Positions 51,651 through 59,145 of a stretch of 64,000 bases of DNA are shown here, in pieces. Origin of the DNA: an uncultured Thermoleophilaceae bacterium (GTDB lineage Bacteria; Actinomycetota; Thermoleophilia; Solirubrobacterales; Thermoleophilaceae). The translations under genes and the position numbers were made by a program. The first letter of the stretch is position 1. Every line of letters starts with the position of its first letter. The stretch is from NCBI GenBank assembly GCA_963788595.1, contig CAWBHC010000005.1, positions 138,933 through 202,932 on the forward strand, written 5' to 3'. The notes under the pieces were generated by a model. That model was not told where the DNA came from and searched no databases. It worked only from the letters and a program-made list of their open reading frames with translations.

Positions 51651-52537
51651 TTACATGATGGCCGCGAGCGCCTCTTCGATCAGATGGCGCTCGGGATCGA
51701 AGCCGCGCAGCGGCACGTCCTCGGGAAAGCCCTCGAACGCGGCCCGCGGAGCGAGGCCGATCAGCTCCGCCTCGGCGACCTCGGCGCGCCCGCGCACGCG
51801 CTCGACGATCTCGCGCAGCGGCGTCGCGCGGTGGTCGTGCACGTTGGTCGAGACCTGGGCCCGGTGGCGGTCCTCGAGGTAAAGGCCGAGCGCCCTGACG
51901 CCGGGGAGGCCACCGCCCGACTCGCGCAGGTCCGCGGCGATCGCCTTCGCCAGCTCCACGTCGTCGCTGGTCAGGTCGACGTTGAAGGCGACGAGCGGCG
52001 GCCGCGCCGAGGCGAGCACGGCGCCTGCGGTCGGGTGGGCGCGACGCGGGCCGTAGTCCGGGACGAGCTCGCCGGACTCGATGCGCTCTTTGAGCTCCTT
52101 CGGCCCGCCGCGGCGGATGTCCGCACGCTCCCGGTGCTCCGGGCGCGTGGCGAGCTCGCCGTAGAGGAAGACGGGAACCCCGAGCTCCTCCCCCACGAGC
52201 CCCGCCGCCGTGAGCGCCTCGGCGCAGGCGGCGCCGCGGCGCTCGTCGTCGAGGTGAGACGACCGGCATCACGTCGAGCGCGCCGACGTGCGGGTGGATG
52301 CCCTCGTGGGCCGAGATGTCGATCCGCTCGATGGCCGCCCTGCGCGAGGTTCAGCAACGCTGCGGCCATCTCCCCCTGGCGCGCCGCGAGCGTGAACACG
52401 GCGCGGTGGTGATCCGGATCGGTGTGCAGGTCGAGGAAGCGCGCGGGCGCAAGCGAGCGCTCGATCGCCTCGAGCGCGGCGAGATCCCGTCCCTCGCTCA
52501 CGTTCGGCACGGCCATCAGCAGCGGCGGCTCGCTCAT
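51651..52537 (-). CDS. Glutamate formimidoyltransferase (FtcD N-terminal type) with about 3 frame breaks (52195-52345)
   Basis: MSEPPLLMAVPNVSEGRDLAALEAIE...DPDHHRAVFT...; ...HEGIHPHVGALDV...; ...GVPVFLYGELA...RPPLVAFNVDL... Confidence 0.7.
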
Positions 52538-52565
52538 CCGCGTGAAGGCTAAACTCGACGCCCTC

Positions 52566-52638
52566 GGCTCCGTAGCTCAGCGGTGAGAGCGCACGACTCA
52601 TAATCGTGAGGTCGATGGTTCGAATCCATCCGGAGCTA
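52566..52638 (+). tRNA. tRNA with CAT anticodon (elongator Met, or possibly Ile2 lysidine type; not initiator). CCA is not encoded.
   Basis: Hand-folded cloverleaf. Acceptor GGCTCCG/CGGAGCT (G1-U72 wobble). D arm GCTC/GAGC. Anticodon stem CACGA/TCGTG with loop CTCATAA. T arm GATGG-TTCGAAT-CCATC. Discriminator A. Confidence 0.85.
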
Positions 52639-52640
52639 TC
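52594..52640 (+). repeat. attL-like 47-bp direct repeat (3' part of the tRNA)
   Basis: cgactcataatcgtgaggtcgatggttcgaatccatccggagctatc is identical to 57206-57252. Confidence 0.85.
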
Positions 52641-52714
52641 GCCCCGCACACCCGCACCGGAAGCGGGATTGCGGGGCAGGTGATCCCGACAGCGGAATCA
52701 CCTGGCGGGCGGCC

Positions 52715-52732
52715 TGCGAACTGTGTGCGAAC
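52715..52732 (+). repeat. Two TGCGAAC copies phased 11 bp apart, 75 nt inside attL
   Basis: tgcgaactgtgtgcgaac. The same heptamer pair recurs near attR. Confidence 0.5.
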
Positions 52733-52923
52733 ACCAGGATCAGCTGGACGACGTTCTCGCGGGGCGGCGCGGATGGCGTCCTCGGTGCTTCTAAGGCTGA
52801 TCTTCGAGAACTTCGGTTCGAAGACAGCTGCAAGCGTAATCCGGCCCGCCGCGAGTGATTTCAAGCGACGGATATTCGGGCTAGATCGAGCCGCTCGTAG
52901 CCGGTGCATGTTCTACTGGGCTC

Positions 52924-53457
52924 ATGAGCCAACGTTCCAAGCGGGCGGGTCTGGTGCTGATCGCAGTTGGACTCGCGGTTCTTCTCGTCGTTCCGAGCGC
53001 CACCGGCCGACAGTTCACGATCACCGGCAAGCTTCACAGCCTTGATCGGGAGTTCGTTGACCAGGACTCCAAGATCTCGATGACCGTCATCGTCAGGAAC
53101 GGCAAGCCGAGGAAGTTGAAGAACGTTTCAGTCACCTACAGCTACGACTGCGACGGATACGAGGGAGCCGAGGGAGTTGCCACGGCCAGCTTCGCGAGGA
53201 CGATTGACATCAACTGGAAACCGGGCTTTGGTTTGCAGGACAGCCCGGACTTCGACCACAGGGAGAAGATCCCCGACGGTCCCGACCCGGGGACTATCCG
53301 CGACGGTGAGAGGTCCATCGAGGGCCAGGTGACCAGGCGCGGTCGCAGGGCGGCGGGCCAGATCTGGCTTACATTCGACAACTACATGTGCGGCAGCATG
53401 CTGGGGTTCTTTTCCGCCCCGTTGGCGGAGGGCCCGCCTCGCAAATCGCCTCGATAA
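52924..53457 (+). CDS. Hypothetical exported or membrane-anchored protein (island cargo)
   Basis: 177-aa ORF with an N-terminal hydrophobic segment (GLVLIAVGLAVLLVVPSATG), lower-GC codon usage and no recognisable family. The RBS is weak. Confidence 0.45.
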   Translation: MSQRSKRAGLVLIAVGLAVLLVVPSATGRQFTITGKLHSLDREFVDQDSKISMTVIVRNGKPRKLKNVSVTYSYDCDGYEGAEGVATASFARTIDINWKPGFGLQDSPDFDHREKIPDGPDPGTIRDGERSIEGQVTRRGRRAAGQIWLTFDNYMCGSMLGFFSAPLAEGPPRKSPR

Positions 53458-53476
53458 CGCGCCCGTCGCCCGCCCG

Positions 53477-53713
53477 CTACCGCGAGGACTCGACCCGCGC
53501 CGAAGCCTCGGCCGCCTTGTCGCGGGCGGCGCGGATCGCGTCCTCGGCCTTGACGGCGGGCTGGTCCTCTAGCTCGTCGATGACGTGCCCGTACGTCTTG
53601 AGCGTCAGGGTGGCGTCGTGGCCCAGTTGCCGGGCGACGTAGATCACCGACCTGCCTTCGTGGAGTAGCAGCGACGCGAACGAGTGCCGTAGGTCGTATG
53701 GGACGTGGTGCGC
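53477..53713 (-). pseudogene. Tyrosine recombinase (phage integrase family), C-terminal 78-aa remnant
   Basis: HHVPYDLRHSFASLLLHEGRSVIYVARQLGHDATLTLKTYGHV holds the HxxR and catalytic-Tyr motifs. No N-terminal or core-binding part is present. Confidence 0.8.
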
Positions 53714-54858
53714 GATGAAGTAGTCCGAGTGGCTGTTGGACGCCTCGACCGACACGCCGCCGCGGCGCCACACGTGGGCGCCCAGGCCGAACGCCCCGAC
53801 CAGGGCGGTGCCCAGCCCGATGGTGCTGTTCAACAACGACCGGCAGGCCCCAGATCGCGGCGCCGAACAGCCCGACGGACGGGCCGCCGTAGGGCTGCCC
53901 GAACGGGCCGCCGCCAAGGTACGCGCCCGCCGTGCCGGCGTTGTCGCGCAGCAACCGGGTGCTGAGGTAATTCGACGGGTGCATGACGATCCCGTCCGGC
54001 GCCAAGTTGGCGCTGCCTGCCGTGTTCGCGATCGTCTTCGCCAACGCGACGCTGTTGTCGTCCGTGCCGCGGCTGTAGGTGTTGACCCCGGACCGGCCGA
54101 CGATCCCGACCAGTTCGTTCGACCCGCCGCCCACGCCACGGAGCAGCTGGCGCTCCTCCTCGATGCGGACGAACAGGGAAAGGCGGCCGTTCAGGTACGC
54201 CTGGACCGACGGGGCGTCTTCCAGCATCTCGTCGCTGATCGGCAGGATCGTCGCGATCTTGCGGACCGGCTCGACGACCTCGCTGAAGCACGAGCGTCGA
54301 CTCGGGCTTGGCGGCGGCCTCGGCCACCCCGGCGGCGCCGGACGTCGCGGTGCCCTCGTTCACGTAGCGCACCTGGCCGCCGGTGGTCTGCGACTGGCCG
54401 AACAGGTCGGACACACCGAGCGGCTCGAACAGCTTGCTGACGATGCCGGGCTCGTTGTACGGCGGCACGAGCCCGCCGCCGGGGCCGCCGGCGGTCGTTT
54501 CGAGCAGGGTGCCCTTCATGTTGAGGGCGGGGCCGCCGGTGGTGACGTCGACCATCCCGGACGACCACGTCTGCGACCGGGCGGTCGGGTCCTTGATCGC
54601 CTTGTAGCCGGCCGACTGGATGAACACGTCGCCGGGTCCCTGCCGGCCGAACGGCGGGTCGAACCCGGCGGATGCGTCGGGGGCGCCTAGCCGGTCGCCC
54701 ATGTCGGCCATCTTCGTTTCAAGGTTGTGGGCGTCGGTCGCCCGTTCAAGCAGGTCCTCGACGTGGACGCGTTCGTCGGCGGTTAGGGGGCGGCCGTTGG
54801 CGTCGGCCGCCTTGAAAATGGCCTGCGCCTCCTGGGCTAGGCGGACGGAATCGTTCAT
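53714..54858 (-). pseudogene. HK97-family phage major capsid protein. 3'-truncated, with 2 frame breaks (about 54290 and 53835).
   Basis: The N-terminal coiled coil is MNDSVRLAQEAQAIFKAADANGRPLTADERVHVEDLLERA. The core reads ...GTLLETTAGGPGGGLVPP...QVRYVNEGTATSGAAGVAEAAAKPES / EVVEPVRKIATILPISDEMLEDAPSVQAYLNGRL...ERQLLRG / ...ALVGAFGLGAHVWRRGGVSVEASNSHSDYFI. Confidence 0.8.
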
Positions 54859-55241
54859 GGCACGACTGCCTTTCTGTGGCTTCTTGACGTCGTGCCGACC
54901 TTGCGAGGTTCGGGATCGGCATCCCTTGGGATCCGATTCGTCCTCGGTGGCCCGGCCCTGACTCGATGGAGCGGGGGGGCTGTCGGTGTGAGGGCCCCTT
55001 GCGCTGATCGGCGTCTACGCCGGGGCGACCGCCTTACGATCGGTCGGCTATTCGGTTGTGCGGTCCAGGCTACGCCGCCCGCTCGACGGATTCGGCGGCG
55101 GCGCGGGAACGGCCGTAGCCGCCCCGCCCGCGCCCGCCACGGCACGCGTCCCGGCTGCCGGTTTTCGCATCCATCCAACCTGCGCGGCCGGCCGGGGGTC
55201 ATACCCGCCGACAAGCACCCCAGCACAGGAAGGCACACATC

Positions 55242-55862
55242 ATGTTCAGCACCACCATCAAGCGGTCAGTCGCAACCCTCGGCGTCGTGGCGGGACTGCT
55301 CGCGGCGGCGGTACCCGCCAGCGCGATCGAGATTGGCACCACCGAGACGCTCGACATGAACGTGAAGGCACCGGCCAAGGCCGGGCCAGCCTCCACTCAA
55401 CTCGGCGCTGCCGACGATGTCTCGCAGCTCAGCATCGCGACCGCCGAGGTGTTCGAGCTGAACACGTTCGGCCTCACCGAGCACGAGGGCGCAGCCGATC
55501 GCGGTGAGGTGACCGGCTTGGAGCCCAACGCGCTCGGCACGCAGGTCGGCAGCGAGGGCGTGAAGGCGCCGACCAATGCCGAGGGTTACATCGTCATGGA
55601 CTGGGACTACGGCGGAGCGGCCACAGCGGTTGCCGCCGTCGGCGTCCGCGAGAACGGCAGCCAGGGCGCGAAGGCACCGAGCACCAGCGGGCGGCCCCAG
55701 GGCGTCATCTGGGATCTGCTGGAACAGGCCAACGCAGGCACGCAGGTCGGCAGCGAGGGCGTGAAGGCACCGGCCAGCCCGACGTCGGAGGTCTTCACGA
55801 GCGTGTCGAACGTGGCACTCCTGGGGGGCATCGTCCCCGGCGGAGCGATCATCTCCGCCTGA
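55242..55862 (+). CDS. Secreted hypothetical protein with an internal duplicated module
   Basis: AGGAAGG RBS. Signal peptide MFSTTIKRSVATLGVVAGLLAAAVPASA. GTQVGSEGVKAP occurs twice. Confidence 0.6.
   Translation: MFSTTIKRSVATLGVVAGLLAAAVPASAIEIGTTETLDMNVKAPAKAGPASTQLGAADDVSQLSIATAEVFELNTFGLTEHEGAADRGEVTGLEPNALGTQVGSEGVKAPTNAEGYIVMDWDYGGAATAVAAVGVRENGSQGAKAPSTSGRPQGVIWDLLEQANAGTQVGSEGVKAPASPTSEVFTSVSNVALLGGIVPGGAIISA
55536..55571 (+). repeat. 36-nt direct repeat (1 mismatch), copy 1. Copy 2 is at 55747-55782.
   Basis: ggcacgcaggtcggcagcgagggcgtgaaggc(g/a)ccg is seen at both sites. Confidence 0.8.
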
Positions 55863-55981
55863 GCGACGTCCCTTGAGCGTCGGACGGACCCGGCCTGGCG
55901 CATCCAGTCAGGCCGGGCTACGCCATCGCCCGGGGTTCGGCGGGGGCGCGGGGCCGCACGGGTCCCGCACCCTCGCGCCGG

Positions 55982-56875
55982 TCACCGACTCAGCTGACTG
56001 GCGATGAAGTTGACGATGGGGGGTGGGGACGATGCGTACGTGTAGCTCGCAGTCCAATTCGGGCTCGAGAACTGTTCCGTGATCGAGGTCGGGTTGCCAC
56101 CGGAAGCGTTGATCGACGTCAACATGAGAATCGGCGTGTTCGTGAAACGACTCCCGGCGAATGTGATCGTGCAGCCGTTCGTTCCGTTGGCCGTCACGGT
56201 TACGCCTGATATGGGGGTTTGCAGCGTGCAGTTGGACAGAACCACTCCGACCACCTGATTGACCGGACCCGGCGGCCCCTGGGGACCGGTCGCGCCCGTC
56301 GGCCCCTTCAGGGAGCCACGAACCGACCAAATGGTCGGTCCCGTTTTCTCGTAATAGTCGCCGGTGTCGCCGCGCAGGAAGTAGTCGCCCACAACGCCAG
56401 TCGCCGCAGGCGGGGCACCCGGTCCCGTCCACCACTTCGAGCCCGGTGTCCCCGGCAGACCCTGGACGCCCTGCGAACCGGTGTCTCCCTTCGGCCCTTG
56501 TGTGCCGGTCGCACCGGTTGCGCCCTGCGCGCCGGTGTCGCCCTTGTCGCCCTTGTCGCCCTTCGCGCCTGTGTCGCCCTTCGGTCCGGGCAGTCCGGCG
56601 GACCCCTGCGGCCCCCGCTCGCCCTGCGGACCTGCCGGCAGTTGCCCCGCCTGGAAGTCGGCGCTCAACAGCGAGCCGTTCGGGACCTTGTTTGAGTTGA
56701 CCGCCCCGTTCTTGATCTTCTTCGCGGTGACTGCATTGTTTTTGAGTTGCTTGGTACCGACGCTGTTGTTGGGCAGAGCCTGGATCGCGTACGAGGTACC
56801 GCCCAGCGCAACGAGCAGCGCAATGCAGGCGACGACCATCGCTGGCGAAGGACGATGTGCGAAGAGGAGACGCAC
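55982..56875 (-). CDS. Membrane-anchored collagen-like triple-helix repeat protein
   Basis: GGAGG RBS 6 nt before the GTG start. One TM (MVVACIALLVALGG). An uninterrupted run of about 21 G-X-Y triplets (56441-56632) plus a short second run. About 100-aa C-terminal globular domain. Confidence 0.75.
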   Translation of the reverse strand: MRLLFAHRPSPAMVVACIALLVALGGTSYAIQALPNNSVGTKQLKNNAVTAKKIKNGAVNSNKVPNGSLLSADFQAGQLPAGPQGERGPQGSAGLPGPKGDTGAKGDKGDKGDTGAQGATGATGTQGPKGDTGSQGVQGLPGTPGSKWWTGPGAPPAATGVVGDYFLRGDTGDYYEKTGPTIWSVRGSLKGPTGATGPQGPPGPVNQVVGVVLSNCTLQTPISGVTVTANGTNGCTITFAGSRFTNTPILMLTSINASGGNPTSITEQFSSPNWTASYTYASSPPPIVNFIASQLSR

Positions 56876-57066
56876 GTCACTACCTCCTTCGGTGAGTTTT
56901 GCGATGCCGCGGGCGGGGCTGGCCTCGCGGGGCGCTTCTACCCTCTCACGCGGGGGCGCGGGGTGCAAAGCTGCTTTCGCGCTGGTCACCGCGTGGGCGG
57001 CGGAACCCGCTCGCGCCCGCCACGGCAAGGATGAGCCGCTGCCAGGTGACGGACGCCGGCGTGGGA

Positions 57067-57110
57067 AGTTCGCCCCCGTGTTGCGAACACGGTGCGAACA
57101 CCGGGTTCGC
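57067..57110. repeat. Cluster of TGCGAAC/GTTCGC motifs about 100 nt inside attR
   Basis: gttcgc (57067-57072), tgcgaac (57082-57088), tgcgaac (57093-57099) and gttcgc (57105-57110). The direct pair is phased 11 bp apart, as at 52715-52732. Confidence 0.5.
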
Positions 57111-57205
57111 GGCGGGTGTCCATCGGCGGTCGGCCGTTGCCGCCGGATTCCGCTTGGCAATCGGGGATCGCGACGCTGCGGTGACCGCTCGCCGCCCCCG
57201 ACCTT

Positions 57206-57252
57206 CGACTCATAATCGTGAGGTCGATGGTTCGAATCCATCCGGAGCTATC
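57206..57252 (+). repeat. attR-like 47-bp direct repeat (displaced tRNA 3' fragment)
   Basis: Identical to 52594-52640. There is no tRNA 5' half upstream of it. Confidence 0.85.
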
Positions 57253-57493
57253 TCAGTCACAGAGCGAAAGGTGGCTTTCACTCGCGCTGTCACCAACCGG
57301 CCCGACGTATACCAGGCGTATACGGATGCTGGGTGCGCTCCGATGCCTGTAGAGGTCAAACGGCCTTCTCTTTGACCGGGCTGCGGCGGACACTCCGATC
57401 TGTTCCTCTGCGCTGACGGTCGGCTCGCCCTTGAGCTCGCGGATCACATGCGCGATCACGCCCGCCCCCTCGTCGTCACGCAAGAATGGGGTT

Positions 57494-58150
57494 GTGCTCG
57501 ACGATGACGTGGAGACCTACCTTGCTGTACTGGTCGCACAGCTACGCGACGCGCTCGGCGACCGGCTGGTCGGGGCATGGCTGTTCGGCTCGGGCGCGCT
57601 CGGTGATTTCGATCCCGCGACGAGTGACCTCGACGTCCAGGTGGTGACGACTGTCAGACTCGCTCGCGCGGAACGCGAAGCCCTGGCCGTCCGGCTCTCG
57701 CACCCCGCGCTCGCGTGCCCGGTGCGCGGCCTCGAGCTCGTTCTGTACGCGCGGGAGGATCTTGCCGACCCGCTTGGCCCGGCCTTCCAGCTCAATCTCA
57801 ACACCGGGCCGCGCATGTCTCAGCACGTGGCTTTCGATCCGAGCGAAGACCCGCGCTTCTGGTTCGTGCTCGATGTGGCGATCGGCCGAGATGCCGGGCG
57901 TGCTCTCGCCGGTCCCCCGCCGGCCGAGGTCTTCCCGGACCTGCCCGAGCCGCTTGTGCTCGACTCACTGCAGTCGGCTCTGAGCTGGTTTGCGGCGAAC
58001 GACGCGCGTGGCGGCCAAGCGGCGTTGGCGGCTGCACGGGCGTGGGCGTGGGCCGAGGAGGCCCGCTGGCTCGCGAAAAGGCCGGCGGCGGCGTGGCTGA
58101 CGACCCGCGTGGCGCGCGAACTTCTAGCGAAATCACACGCGCTGCGCTGA
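57494..58150 (+). CDS. Nucleotidyltransferase-domain protein, aminoglycoside adenylyltransferase-like (ANT(3'')/DUF4111-like architecture)
   Basis: LVGAWLFGSGALGDFDPATSDLDVQVV is the GSx10-12(D/E)xD pol-beta NTase motif, followed by a helical C-terminal domain. The GTG start is inferred. Confidence 0.6.
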   Translation: MLDDDVETYLAVLVAQLRDALGDRLVGAWLFGSGALGDFDPATSDLDVQVVTTVRLARAEREALAVRLSHPALACPVRGLELVLYAREDLADPLGPAFQLNLNTGPRMSQHVAFDPSEDPRFWFVLDVAIGRDAGRALAGPPPAEVFPDLPEPLVLDSLQSALSWFAANDARGGQAALAAARAWAWAEEARWLAKRPAAAWLTTRVARELLAKSHALR

Positions 58151-58344
58151 CGGCCCGCGCACTCAGACGGTCCGCGTCGGAGCGTTCCCAGGTATCAAGT
58201 GGGCAGCCACCGAAGGCTCAGACTGTCAAGTGAGCCCTACCGGCGGCTGGCCGGAACGAACCTGTCCATCAGGGCACTACCAAGCTTGCCGCTAGCTGAC
58301 TAGGTCTAGTGTGCCTGCGGCCTCGTCAACCAAGGGGAGTCACC

Positions 58345-58833
58345 ATGGGTGATGCAGTCGGCGCATACCTCTACCAACCCAAGGAGGGTGAGCTGCGGTG
58401 GATGGGCGAAACGTCCACATACTTTCTTGCCACAGGGGAGCAGACGGGAGGAGCATTCTGCCTCGTCGACGAGCACGCCAGTCGCGGGGAAAGCGTCCCG
58501 CTACATCGGCACCGCGACGACATGGAGTCGTTCTACGTATTGGAGGGCGAGATCACGCTCTATCTCGGTGAACACTCGGGGGTCCGCGCGCCGGCCGGCT
58601 CCTTCGCGCACATACCCGGCGGAACCATCCACGGCTTCCGAGTCGAGTCGGAAAACGCGCGCTACCTCATCCTCACGACGCCGCGACATGGGCACTTCTA
58701 CCGCGCGATCACCCACGCGTCGCGACCTGGGGGCTTGCCGCCGCTCGAATCGGTCCAAGGCTCACAGATCAAGCAGGCGAGTAAGGATTACGGGGTCGAG
58801 TTCGTCGGACCGCTGCCAGACCGAGCCGATTAG
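58345..58833 (+). CDS. Cupin domain protein
   Basis: GESVPLHRHRDDMESFYVLEGEITLYLG...FAHIPGGTIHGFRV. AAGGGGAG RBS. Confidence 0.75.
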   Translation: MGDAVGAYLYQPKEGELRWMGETSTYFLATGEQTGGAFCLVDEHASRGESVPLHRHRDDMESFYVLEGEITLYLGEHSGVRAPAGSFAHIPGGTIHGFRVESENARYLILTTPRHGHFYRAITHASRPGGLPPLESVQGSQIKQASKDYGVEFVGPLPDRAD

Positions 58834-59145
58834 CAACGACAATGTTGCCCACTACTCCTTTCGTCGAGGAGCAGCACTCGCCGCGTGCACTCCTGCGAGT
58901 CGTCCCTGCCAAGCAGTCGGTCGGGCGGCTGAGCGGACGCTCGCTCGTCCCGCGCAGGAAGGCCGTCGCGACGGCGCTCGGCGAGCTGTGAGTGCGACGA
59001 CCGGGTCGTGCCCGTGAGGGGGTCGCGGGAGCGCCCCACCTTCTGCCAACCGCGGCAAAAGCACGACGTCTCTGCTTCCGCGTTCGATGTCGTTCGGGTC
59101 CCTGTCATCGGCGCATCGCAGCCCGCGGTAGCCTTGGATTTCCGC

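Larger units (their letters stand above)
52594..57252. mobile_element. Degraded tRNA-integrated element (prophage or integrative-island remnant), about 4.6 kb
   Basis: Flanked by the 47-bp direct repeats. Contains an integrase C-terminal stub, a truncated HK97-like capsid gene and visibly lower-GC cargo. No intact integrase, terminase or portal. Confidence 0.8.

Noticed and set aside
56441-56632. Periodic 9-nt repeats that could be mistaken for a CRISPR array or tandem-repeat locus
   Set aside because: The periodicity is the G-X-Y coding repeat of the collagen-like gene. There are no spacer-sized unique units and no cas genes.
57095-57109. cgaacaccgggttcg as a second LexA box
   Set aside because: The spacer is 5 nt, not the 4 nt of GAAC-N4-GTTC. 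It is part of the TGCGAAC/GTTCGC repeat cluster inside the island end, which is better explained as recombinase or repressor sites.
57253-57483. 76-aa minus-strand ORF next to attR
   Set aside because: It has no RBS and no recognisable family. It overlaps the palindromic and hairpin motifs and the upstream region of the nucleotidyltransferase gene, so it is probably non-coding.
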